Assembly (NCBI GenBank): GCA_043740355.1
Contig: JAYUCM010000091.1
Span: 1-33,937 of the forward strand
Origin: Acidobacteriota bacterium
Lineage (GTDB): Bacteria > Acidobacteriota > Polarisedimenticolia > Polarisedimenticolales > DASRJG01
DNA: 33,937 nt
Direction of reading: 5' to 3'
Shown: positions 1 to 8,073 of the stretch, in pieces
How the letters are laid out: each line of letters opens with the position of its first letter
Numbering within the stretch: the first letter of the stretch is position 1
The notes under the pieces: model-generated
Databases searched by the model: none
Seen by the model: the letters and a program-made list of their open reading frames with translations, nothing else
What the model was told of the DNA's origin: nothing
Translations under genes and position numbers: made by a program

Positions 1-339
1 GTCGATCACCTGGCTCCAATCCTCCTTGTTCATCCGCATCAGGAGGTTGTCCCGGGTGATTCCAGCATTGTTCACGAGAAGCGGGATTGTAGCATGCTCC
101 CGAAGGGCCTCCGCCATCGCCGCCTCGACCGAGCGATCGTCCGCGATGTCGAGTTGAATCGCGCGTGCGCTCCCGCCACCGCCCACGATCTCGTCGACGG
201 TTCCGCCGGCCGCTTCCACCGAGCGGGCGGCGACGATCACGCGCGCCCCGCGGGCGCCCAGCGCCAAGGCGATCGCGCGTCCGATGCCTCGCGACGCCCC
301 CGTGACGAGCGCCACCTTTCCCGCGAGAGCCTGGTCCAT
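1..339 (-). CDS. fabG: 3-oxoacyl-[ACP] reductase FabG. Only the N-terminal 113 codons are present; the 3' end runs off the left edge of the window.
   Basis: Reverse translation from ATG 339 gives MDQALAGKVALVTGASRGIGRAIALALGARGAR...LVNNAGITRDNLLMRMNKEDWSQVID. This contains the SDR TGxxxGIG and NNAG motifs. The gene starts 2 nt after the fabD stop. Confidence 0.9.
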   Translation of the reverse strand, partial: MDQALAGKVALVTGASRGIGRAIALALGARGARVIVAARSVEAAGGTVDEIVGGGGSARAIQLDIADDRSVEAAMAEALREHATIPLLVNNAGITRDNLLMRMNKEDWSQVID

Positions 340-341
340 GC

Positions 342-1280
342 TCAGCTCGCCAACTCGTGGAGCGCCGCGGTGAGCGCCGCCGCGTCCGGCACGGAATGGA
401 CGCGGGCTTCCTTGCGGATGCGCCGCACCAGACCGGACAGGACACGTCCCGGGCCGAATTCGACGAACGTGTCGATTCCGTCGTCGGCCATCCTCACGAC
501 CTCCTCTTCCCAACGCACCATCGATACGACTTGCCGCACCAGAGCGTCGCGCGCGCCTGCTCCCGAGCGCACGGGCGCCGCGTCGACGTTCGTGTACACC
601 GGAATAGTCGGATCGCAAAACGTCACCCCGTCGAGCACCGTGGCGAGGCGTGCGCCCGCCGGCTCCATCAGCGCGCAGTGGAACGGAGCGCTGACCGGAA
701 GCATCACCGCCCGCTTGGCGCCGGCAGCGGGTGCCGCCTCGCACGCGCGTTTCACGGCTCCCGCGTGGCCGGCGATCACGACCTGCCCCGGACCGTTGGC
801 GTTCGCGCAGCTCACCACCTCGCCGCTCGCGACCTCAGCGCACAGTCTTTCGACGGCGGCCCGAGGGAGCCCGAGGATCGCGGCCATCGCGCCTTGACCC
901 TCCGGCACGGCCTCTTGCATGAATCGTCCGCGCTCCCGCACGATCCGGACCGCGTCGTCGAAGCTCAACGTGCCGGCCACCACGTGGGCCGCGTACTCGC
1001 CGAGGCTATGACCGGCGGCCGCGACCGGCGGCTTCCCGCCTCGAGACTCGAACGCGCGAAAGGCCGCGACCGCGACCGTCAGGATCGCCGGCTGCGTGAT
1101 CTCGGTGCGGATCAAGTCGGCCTCGCTCCCCGCAAAGCAGAGCGCCGTCAGTCCGTAACCGAGCGCCCTGTCCGCCGCGCGAAAGACCGCCGCAGCCGCG
1201 GGCTCGACGCCTGCCAAGTCCTTCCCCATGCCGGGGTACTGCGATCCTTGGCCTGGAAACAACGCCGCGTAGGGCCTCAC
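342..1280 (-). CDS. fabD: Malonyl-CoA:ACP transacylase FabD
   Basis: The FabD-like sequence starts at GTG 1280 (VRPYAALFPGQGSQYPGMG). It has the GHSLGEY active-site Ser motif and the PVSAPFHC region. The GTG overlaps the fabH TGA as GTGA. The rest of the 652-aa track ORF is an out-of-frame overlap of fabH. Confidence 0.92.
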   Translation of the reverse strand: MRPYAALFPGQGSQYPGMGKDLAGVEPAAAAVFRAADRALGYGLTALCFAGSEADLIRTEITQPAILTVAVAAFRAFESRGGKPPVAAAGHSLGEYAAHVVAGTLSFDDAVRIVRERGRFMQEAVPEGQGAMAAILGLPRAAVERLCAEVASGEVVSCANANGPGQVVIAGHAGAVKRACEAAPAAGAKRAVMLPVSAPFHCALMEPAGARLATVLDGVTFCDPTIPVYTNVDAAPVRSGAGARDALVRQVVSMVRWEEEVVRMADDGIDTFVEFGPGRVLSGLVRRIRKEARVHSVPDAAALTAALHELAS

Positions 1281-2263
1281 CAGCGCACCGCGCTGGCCGC
1301 CCAGGTGAGGCCGGCCCCGAAGGCCGCCATCAGAATGACGTCGCCCGGCCGCACGTTCCCCGCCCGTACGGCCTCGTCCAGCGCGATCGGAATCGAGGCG
1401 GCACTGGTGTTCCCGTAACGGTCGATGTCGACGTAGCAACGCTCCACAGGAATCCCGAGACGCTCCCTGACGGCGTCGATGATCCGCTGGTTGGCCTGAT
1501 GCGGGATGAACCACGAGACGTCGCCGGGGGTGAGTCCGGCCATCTGCAGGACCTCGCGCGAAACGTCTTCGATCGATCGGACGGCGATCTTGAACGTCTC
1601 GTTCCCGCGCATCCGGATGAAGTGCATCCCCTTGGCGACCGTCTCCGCGCTCGCCGGGTACTTCGATCCGCCCCCCTCCATGCAGATGAAATCGCTCATG
1701 CTGCCGTCGGAGTGCATCGCCGAAGCGAGCACCCCTCGCGGGAGGTTCCCCTCGCTCATCACGGCGGCGCCCGCGCCGTCGGCGAAGATGACGCAGGTCG
1801 TACGGTCGGTCCAGTCGAGAAACTTGCTCAGCAGCTCGGCCCCGACCACCAGCACGTTGCGGCACCGGCCGCTGACGATGAACTGCTTCGCCACCGATTG
1901 CGCGTAGATGAACCCCGAGCACCCGGCCTGCATGTCGAAGGCCGCGGCGCGCTGGCAGCCCAGGCTGTGCTGAAGGAGACAGGCGGTCGCAGGGATCGGC
2001 ACGTCGGGCGTGACGGTGGCGCAGATGATCAGATCGATGTCCTGGGGCGAAACGCCGGCCATTTCGAGCGCGTTTTGAGAAGCGGCGTGAGCGAACTCGG
2101 AGACCGACTCGTTGGGCCCCGCGATTCGCCTCTCCCGTATCCCCGTCCGGGTCTGGATCCACTCGTCGGTCGTGTCGACGAGCTTCTCCAGGTCGCGGTT
2201 GGTCATGATCTGAGAGGGAACGCTCATGCCCGTTCCCGTGATGATCGCGCTGCGAGTCCCCAT
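1277..2263 (-). CDS. fabH: 3-oxoacyl-ACP synthase III (KAS III) FabH
   Basis: 328 aa. It carries the KAS III triad contexts QAGCSGFIYA (Cys), FIPHQANQRII (His) and YGNTSAASIP (Asn). A GGAGGAGG Shine-Dalgarno sequence lies just upstream of the ATG. Confidence 0.95.
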   Translation of the reverse strand: MGTRSAIITGTGMSVPSQIMTNRDLEKLVDTTDEWIQTRTGIRERRIAGPNESVSEFAHAASQNALEMAGVSPQDIDLIICATVTPDVPIPATACLLQHSLGCQRAAAFDMQAGCSGFIYAQSVAKQFIVSGRCRNVLVVGAELLSKFLDWTDRTTCVIFADGAGAAVMSEGNLPRGVLASAMHSDGSMSDFICMEGGGSKYPASAETVAKGMHFIRMRGNETFKIAVRSIEDVSREVLQMAGLTPGDVSWFIPHQANQRIIDAVRERLGIPVERCYVDIDRYGNTSAASIPIALDEAVRAGNVRPGDVILMAAFGAGLTWAASAVRW

Positions 2264-2353
2264 CGGCCCTCCTCCGCGGGGTCAGGCGCGGGAGCCCCAC
2301 GGCCTCCGTACGGGACGCGTCACGCGGTGGACGATCATAACCCGCGCCGGCCC

Positions 2354-2536
2354 CTAGGCGGACGGGGGTTCGACCACCTCGCGGCCCTTATAGTGGCCGC
2401 AATGCGGACAGACCCTGTGAGGGAGTTTGCGCTCCTGGCAGTTCGGGCAGACCGATGTCCCCGGCTGTGCCAACGCATCGTGAGCGCGGCGCTTGTCGCG
2501 GCGGGCCCGGGAGTGGCGTCGTTTTGGATTCGGCAT
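2354..2536 (-). CDS. rpmF: 50S ribosomal protein L32
   Basis: [22 protein letters not shown]... with a CPNC...CPHC zinc ribbon, 60 aa. The 160-aa track ORF is an upstream extension of it. Confidence 0.95.
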   Translation of the reverse strand: MPNPKRRHSRARRDKRRAHDALAQPGTSVCPNCQERKLPHRVCPHCGHYKGREVVEPPSA

Positions 2537-2588
2537 CGTCTCAAACCTCACGCGGGCGCCCCGCAGGTGCGGGATGTGCGCTGTCGCT

Positions 2589-3122
2589 CTACGAGTCTTG
2601 CAGCTTTCGCCGGAACGGAAGAACCGGAGCCAAGGCCCGATCGGCGTCTTCGGGCACGCACCCGCACGCGCCGAGATTCCTGTTCGTTCCGCACGTTGGG
2701 CACAGCCCTTTGCATGACGGCGAACAGATGGGCTTGAGGGGAAGATTGAGGTACAGCTGCTCCGTGGCGAGGTCTTCGAGACCGATCTTGCCTTCGGGAG
2801 CAACCAGGATCGAGTCTTCGTCATCCGCGGCCGCACGGCCGTGGGCGGAACCCGCGTCGGGGGCGTGTCGCAGAACCCTCCAGGCGAAAACCATCCGGAC
2901 GTCCCAAGGAAACGTTTCGAGGCAGCGACTGCACGTCAGCGGGACGGTGACGCCGAGACGGGCGTTCAGCTCGGCGCCGCCGGGCTGTGGGATGACGGTC
3001 CCCTCCAAGCGGGCATCGACGTCGGGGATGGTCTCTCGGCTCGGCCCCTCGAGCCCGTGAAGCCGGACCGAGCGGTCGAACGAGAGGCCTTCGGACCCTA
3101 TTGTGTTGATATCAATGAACAT
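2589..3122 (-). CDS. yceD: YceD/DUF177 family protein
   Basis: 177 aa with an acidic central region and a C-terminal Cys cluster ([23 protein letters not shown]). It sits in the conserved position immediately upstream of rpmF. Confidence 0.85.
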   Translation of the reverse strand: MFIDINTIGSEGLSFDRSVRLHGLEGPSRETIPDVDARLEGTVIPQPGGAELNARLGVTVPLTCSRCLETFPWDVRMVFAWRVLRHAPDAGSAHGRAAADDEDSILVAPEGKIGLEDLATEQLYLNLPLKPICSPSCKGLCPTCGTNRNLGACGCVPEDADRALAPVLPFRRKLQDS

Positions 3123-3143
3123 GGCGCTTCCAGGGAAGCGCGG

Positions 3144-3170
3144 ATTATAACAGGGGCCCCCCCCCTGTCA
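3144..3170 (-). promoter_or_regulatory. Near-consensus sigma-70 promoter for the yceD-rpmF(-fab) operon
   Basis: The minus strand reads TTGACA-GGGGGGGGCCCCTGT-TATAAT. That is a consensus -35, a 15-nt spacer, an extended -10 (TGnTATAAT) and a consensus -10. The -10 ends 21 nt before the yceD ATG. Confidence 0.5.
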
Positions 3171-3199
3171 AGAAACACGGACGGGGGCCGAACGCCGCG

Positions 3200-4759
3200 T
3201 CAGGAGACGGAGTCGAGCTCCTTGAGGGCGCCTTCGTGGGTAGGGGCGAGCCTGAGAGCTTCCTCGAACTGCTTTCTTGCGCGCATCTTCAGGCCGCGCC
3301 GCTTGTAGAAACGGCCGAGAGCAACCCGGTATTCGGCGTTCCATTGGTCCAGACGTGCGGCCTCACCGTAGTTCTGCTCGGCCATGCGTTGCCACCTCGC
3401 GTCAGGGTTCTTCGCCTGGCACTCGGCGAGGAGAAAGTAGAAACGAGCATCGTCGGGGCTGTAGCTGATGGCCAACTTTCCGTACTGGATCGCGTTGTAC
3501 GGGTCCCCTTCGCGCATGAATTTCTTGGCCTGGCTGAAATAGGAGTCGGCGAGCTTGGCGTTTGCCTCGATCGCGACCTTCGTCCTGGTCTTGTCCATCT
3601 CGACGCGAACGAGGAAATCGCCCATGCCTTGCGGCTCCTTGGCCGCTTGCCCGTCCTCGGCGCGTGGAGCGTGGTCGACGGTGCGTGCTTGCACGAGCGT
3701 CAGATAGGCCTCGACGTACCGGCTCTCGATCACCGCCAGCTCGGAGCGGAGGCGCTCCCGTATGCGCGGCAGGATGCGATCGCGGCTGAACCGGTCCTTC
3801 GCCTCTTCGTAGGCGCGCTCAATCGTGTCGCGGGGTGCGTTCGATCGAAGTCCGAGGACCTCATGAGGGTTCTTGTTCCGCTGCGACGCGTAGGTCTCGA
3901 GGATCATGCGCTCCTGGAGTCCTTCGAGCGCGACGGTGTCCGCGTGGTCCCGCAGGATCGCGGTGACCCGGAACGCCCCGTCCCCGACCGGCGGGTCGTA
4001 ACTGATCACCCCCATGACGAGCAGCCCATACAGGAAACGGCAGGCCAACCCCTCCTCGGCCGGCGGGATGAGAGCCAAGACGTCTTGAAGGCGGCTCGGG
4101 CCGTCGACGCGCGACAAGATGTAACCGTGCGCCGGCGAGAGCGCGAGGCGCTCGAGCGGAACGGGACAGGGATGACGCAGCTTCAGGCGATTATCGAGGC
4201 CCTTCATCGCCGCCTGTATCGGCTCGAATCCCGCCATCGAGCCGATTCCTTTCAGAATCACCTCGAACGTGAGCAGGATGTCGCTTTCGAAGATCTCCTG
4301 GAGGAGCCACCCCTCGCTGAACCGTGCCGTCCCCCCCTCCCATTGGAAGATGGACTGCACGACGTGCTCGACGATGTAGCGGGCTGTGTGGGACAGGGTC
4401 TCTTTGCCGATCAATCCGCGGTTGACCAGCGCCTGGGCGAGGTCCTTGGATTCGCTGATGTTGCGCCGGGCCTCCGCCAAAGCGCCGGGAGAGATCTTGC
4501 CCTCGTTGACCAGGCGGCGCCCCAGTTCTTCGTCGTCGGCTCCGGACTCGGCGAATAGGATCATGCCGCGGTCGAAGTAGATCCGTTTCTCGATGTTTCC
4601 GCGACTGACGTTCAGGACGCCCGAGCGCTCCCCGACATAGAGATCGCGGAAGATCTCCGCGAGCGTCTGGCTGCTGAAATTGATCTGCATCCCCGACGTC
4701 ACCGTGGTCTGCGGTCCGAGGACCACCCCCGACTTGCCCCCTGAACCTATACTCTCCAT
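3200..4759 (-). CDS. DUF4388 (PATAN-like) domain protein with a J-like domain lacking HPD and C-terminal TPR repeats
   Basis: The N-terminus LAEIFRDLYVGERSGVLNV...RIYFDRGMILFA is DUF4388-like. NPHEVLGLRSNAPRDTIERAYEEAKDRFSRD is a J-domain helix I/II pattern with SRD where HPD is expected. The C-terminal part (YFSQAKKFMREGDPYNAIQYGKLAISYSPDDARFYFLLAECQ...) is TPR-like. Start taken as ATG 4759; ATG 4690 is an alternative. The 4760-5071 portion of the track ORF is an Arg/Ser-rich extension. Confidence 0.75.
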   Translation of the reverse strand: MESIGSGGKSGVVLGPQTTVTSGMQINFSSQTLAEIFRDLYVGERSGVLNVSRGNIEKRIYFDRGMILFAESGADDEELGRRLVNEGKISPGALAEARRNISESKDLAQALVNRGLIGKETLSHTARYIVEHVVQSIFQWEGGTARFSEGWLLQEIFESDILLTFEVILKGIGSMAGFEPIQAAMKGLDNRLKLRHPCPVPLERLALSPAHGYILSRVDGPSRLQDVLALIPPAEEGLACRFLYGLLVMGVISYDPPVGDGAFRVTAILRDHADTVALEGLQERMILETYASQRNKNPHEVLGLRSNAPRDTIERAYEEAKDRFSRDRILPRIRERLRSELAVIESRYVEAYLTLVQARTVDHAPRAEDGQAAKEPQGMGDFLVRVEMDKTRTKVAIEANAKLADSYFSQAKKFMREGDPYNAIQYGKLAISYSPDDARFYFLLAECQAKNPDARWQRMAEQNYGEAARLDQWNAEYRVALGRFYKRRGLKMRARKQFEEALRLAPTHEGALKELDSVS

Positions 4760-4799
4760 CGTCGACAATATAGAGATCGGAGCCAGAAAGGAAAGTATC

Positions 4800-6152
4800 G
4801 TGAAACGTGGCGTCCCGATGCGCGCGGCCGCCATGGCCCTGGCCGTCGCCGGCGCGGGTTTCGCCCGGGCGGAGACCGACCGCTCCGCTTTTCTGGCCCT
4901 GCTGCACGATGGACGCTTCGGAGCGGCGCAGGAGGAGCTGCGGCGGCACGGAGCGCCCACCCGCCCCGACGACCTTTTCTTCGACGCTTTTATCGCGTAC
5001 TGGCAGCTCGTGTTCGACGACGAGAACCTCGACGCTCGCGCGACTCTCGATGAACGACTCGGCATCGCCATCGCCGCAGCCGAAGCCTCGGCGAGCGTGG
5101 ACGGAGACGTCGCCGTCTGGGGGGGATCGAGTCACCTCCTGCTCGCCGGGCTGAGGGCTCAACAGCGGCGTCCGTTCGCGGCGGCCTTCGAGGCGAAGAG
5201 GGCGAAGCGTCTCTTGGAATCCGCGTCGGCCACCGGTGCCAAGACCTCCGACGCGCTGTTCGGGCTCGGCACGTACAACTACCTTGCCGACACGGTGCCG
5301 TCGTACGTGAGAGGACTTCGAGCGCTTCTTAGCTTGCCGAAAGGCGATCGCACCCTCGGCCTACAACAGCTCGCCGCTGCCGCCGCCGGGAGCCGCGTCT
5401 TCGCTCTCGAAGCACGTACCCTGCTCGTCACGATCTTCGCGAACAAGCACGAGCGTCTCTACGGACGTGCCGTCGAAGAGCGCGACCGGCTTCTCGAAGC
5501 CTTCCCCGACACGATCGCGTCCGCCTACGCCGCGGCCCGCCTCGATCTGTCCCTCGGCCGGAACGAATCGGCGATCGACCGCTTGACGCGAGCCGAGAAA
5601 CGAGCGCGGACCTTGGGCGACGTCGATCCCGTCGTCCTGCGCAGCATCGACCTCCTGCGCGCACGCGCGGAGCTGAGCTCGCTGCGTCCGGATCGCGCCG
5701 AAGCCGCGGCTCGGCGTGCCCTGGCGACGGGCCAGGGGCTCGGACCCTCGATACGGGAGGATCTGGAGGCCGTTCTCAAGACGGCTTCGCGCCAAGCCGA
5801 TGGGATCTCATGGCCGCCGGTTGCTGCGGTGCAGAATCCTTCGGGGGAGGCAGCGGCGTTCGCCGCTCTCTCCCGCGCGAACCCCGAGCGTCCCCTCCTC
5901 GCCCTCCTCGCGGGCGACGGCGCGCTTCGCGCCGGAAGGGCGCAGGAGGCGCTCGACTGGTTCGCCCGCGCCGCCGAGCTTCCGCCCGAATTGCAGGCCG
6001 GATCCCTGTTCCGTCAGGGTCAGGCGGAGGATCTGCTCGGCCACAGATCGCGAGCGTTGGAGCTCTACAAGCGTATCGCCGCCACCAAGGGTTTCGTCGC
6101 CAAGGACGCCGCGCTCTACTATCAGCAGACGCCCTACCGGCTCGACCCGTGA
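4800..6152 (+). CDS. Secreted all-alpha (TPR-like) hypothetical protein
   Basis: GTG 4800 is preceded by GGAAAG with a 4-nt gap. The signal-like N-terminus is MRAAAMALAVAGAGFARA. The rest is Ala/Leu/Arg-rich and helical-repeat-like. I recognise no specific family. Confidence 0.6.
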   Translation: MKRGVPMRAAAMALAVAGAGFARAETDRSAFLALLHDGRFGAAQEELRRHGAPTRPDDLFFDAFIAYWQLVFDDENLDARATLDERLGIAIAAAEASASVDGDVAVWGGSSHLLLAGLRAQQRRPFAAAFEAKRAKRLLESASATGAKTSDALFGLGTYNYLADTVPSYVRGLRALLSLPKGDRTLGLQQLAAAAAGSRVFALEARTLLVTIFANKHERLYGRAVEERDRLLEAFPDTIASAYAAARLDLSLGRNESAIDRLTRAEKRARTLGDVDPVVLRSIDLLRARAELSSLRPDRAEAAARRALATGQGLGPSIREDLEAVLKTASRQADGISWPPVAAVQNPSGEAAAFAALSRANPERPLLALLAGDGALRAGRAQEALDWFARAAELPPELQAGSLFRQGQAEDLLGHRSRALELYKRIAATKGFVAKDAALYYQQTPYRLDP

Positions 6153-7357
6153 AGCGAACCTCCATCGCCGCTGCGATCGCATTCCTGGCGGTCGCCATCG
6201 CGGTCGGCTCCTTGGTCGTGAAGAGCTGCGCGCACCGGAGGGCCAACCCCCTCGCCGGCCATCCCGTGGGCTCCGGCCGGCCGCCCGACGGCGCGGTCCT
6301 CGCACGATTACGGGGGATCCCTCTTTATCGCACGTTGATCGGTGCGGGTGCGCTGCGCTCGGGTGCGGTCGAGGCCGACGGGACGCTCCACGTCGAGGTC
6401 GACCCCCGCGCCCTCTTCGAGCCGCGACTCGCCGCTGCCGGCTTGACGGGCGCGTCCGACCTCCTGCCGGCTTCCGCCAGGGGGACGATCGTCACGCAGA
6501 AGCCAGCGGGGGGGATGCCGGCGCTTGCATTCCGCGAAACGTGGAGCTTCGACGGGCCCGCCGCCATATTCGACCTTCTCGATCGAAGCTCCACGGGCAA
6601 ACCGGCGACGCTCGCTTGGGATGCGATTCCCGGTGCGCCGACGGCCGTCGCGTCCTTGCGCTTGACGCCCGCGCGTCTGGCCGATCCGTCGTTGGGTGGG
6701 GCGGTTTTCGCGTCCTGGCGTGATCGTGCGACTTTCGCGGAGAAACTTCTGGGACGCCCGTTGCGCGCCGAGATGGCCGAGGATCTGGCCGGACCTGCGG
6801 TCTTCGCGCTCTACGAGACCGGCGACGCCGCCGAGGCCGAGGCGGTCGTTGCAGTCGAATTGCTGCGCTCCGACCGACTTGCGGGCCTGCTCGACACGCT
6901 CTTCGGCCTCGGCGCCTTGACCGAGCGCGTCACGGTCCGTCGGTATCGCGGCGTCCCCACGGGATCGTTCCGCTCGGAATCCGGTGGGCCCGGCGTGGCG
7001 CTCGCGGTGGACGGCCCGCTCCTCATCGCGGCGACCTCGCGCTCCCGCCTCGAATCTGCGATCGACGTGAGGCGCCGGGTTCCGCATCCCCGACCGATCC
7101 TCGCCGCCGCAGCGGACCCCGCTGCGAGCTGGAGCGCCGTTTCGGAATCCGCGTTCGTGGCGCACGGCTGGGCGCGACTGGCGCGTTCGGCGGACGAGCC
7201 GAAAGTAGGACGCACCATGACCGCCGCCGCGCTCCGGCCGGAGGGAGCCACGGGCTGGCGTCTCGAAGGACAGGGCGCCGGTCCCGCCATCAGCGCGGAT
7301 CCGGTCGTTCCTTTCCTTCGGAGTGTATGGGGTGGGCGTCAGCGCGGCGGTGATTGA
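6149..7357 (+). CDS. Membrane-anchored hypothetical protein
   Basis: GTG 6149 overlaps the upstream TGA as GTGA. An N-terminal TM helix (SIAAAIAFLAVAIAVGSLVV) is present. No catalytic motifs recognised. The track ORF upstream of 6149 overlaps the previous gene out of frame. Confidence 0.55.
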   Translation: MKRTSIAAAIAFLAVAIAVGSLVVKSCAHRRANPLAGHPVGSGRPPDGAVLARLRGIPLYRTLIGAGALRSGAVEADGTLHVEVDPRALFEPRLAAAGLTGASDLLPASARGTIVTQKPAGGMPALAFRETWSFDGPAAIFDLLDRSSTGKPATLAWDAIPGAPTAVASLRLTPARLADPSLGGAVFASWRDRATFAEKLLGRPLRAEMAEDLAGPAVFALYETGDAAEAEAVVAVELLRSDRLAGLLDTLFGLGALTERVTVRRYRGVPTGSFRSESGGPGVALAVDGPLLIAATSRSRLESAIDVRRRVPHPRPILAAAADPAASWSAVSESAFVAHGWARLARSADEPKVGRTMTAAALRPEGATGWRLEGQGAGPAISADPVVPFLRSVWGGRQRGGD

Positions 7358-8049
7358 CGCGTCTTTGCGGCGTGGTCCAAAACCTTCAGCACGTACCACT
7401 CCGTCTCCGCGTACGGAGGAAGGCCGTGATGGCGATCGACCGCCCCCTCGCCGGCGTTGTACCCCGCGAGGGCGAGATCGACCCGTCCGCCGAAGCGGTC
7501 GAGAAGCCATCGCAGATACCGCGCCCCGCCTTCGATGTTCTGGGTCACGTCGAAGACGTTTTTCACGCCGAATCGTTTCACCGTCGGGGGCATCAATTGG
7601 AGGATGCCGCAGGCCCCGCGCGGCGACACGGCATACGGATTGAAATTGGATTCGATCTTGGCGACCGCCGCGAGCAGGGCCCGCTCGATCGAATTGCGGT
7701 CGGCCGCCGCGGCGATCGCGTCCGCGTACCGGCCGGCGGCAACGCGCCACGTCTCGTTCGCCCGCAAACCGTCGACAAGAGCGGCGGCGTCGATCGCCGG
7801 GCTTTCGTTCTCGACGGGCGGAGGATCTCCTGCATCGATCGCGCGCTCGATCGCCATGATCGAGCCCACGGGAACGCCGAGCTCGCCGCCGTCCTCGAGC
7901 GTGAGGCGCGCCAGCCCATCGGCGAATTCAAAGCCGCTCACCCGGATGCCTCGACCGTCCTCGAAGACGATGAGGTCCGTCGCGGAAGCGGCGGACGCTC
8001 CGAGGCAGGCGGCGAGGAACACCGGGACGATGACGCGCATGGCTTCCAT
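7339..8049 (-). CDS. Lytic transglycosylase (SLT domain) with signal peptide
   Basis: KIESNFNPYAVSPRGACGILQLMP and AGYNAGEGAV are SLT-family motifs. The signal peptide is MRVIVPVFLAACLGASAASA. ATG 8040 is an alternative start. The 3' end overlaps the convergent 6149..7357 gene by 19 nt. Confidence 0.85.
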   Translation of the reverse strand: MEAMRVIVPVFLAACLGASAASATDLIVFEDGRGIRVSGFEFADGLARLTLEDGGELGVPVGSIMAIERAIDAGDPPPVENESPAIDAAALVDGLRANETWRVAAGRYADAIAAAADRNSIERALLAAVAKIESNFNPYAVSPRGACGILQLMPPTVKRFGVKNVFDVTQNIEGGARYLRWLLDRFGGRVDLALAGYNAGEGAVDRHHGLPPYAETEWYVLKVLDHAAKTRQSPPR

Positions 8050-8073
8050 CTATACGGGGGATTCCCGCTGCCG

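Noticed and set aside
1281-2300. Upstream 340 codons of the 652-aa ORF 342..2300
   Set aside because: This part overlaps fabH in another frame and is Arg/Gly/His-rich nonsense. FabD homology begins exactly at GTG 1280, which forms a GTGA overlap with the fabH stop.
3150-3167. ACAGGGG-CCCC-CCCCTGT hairpin considered as a terminator for the DUF4388 gene
   Set aside because: No U-tract follows on the minus strand, and the sequence coincides exactly with the spacer of a consensus -35/-10 pair. I interpret it as promoter spacer. A dual role is not excluded.
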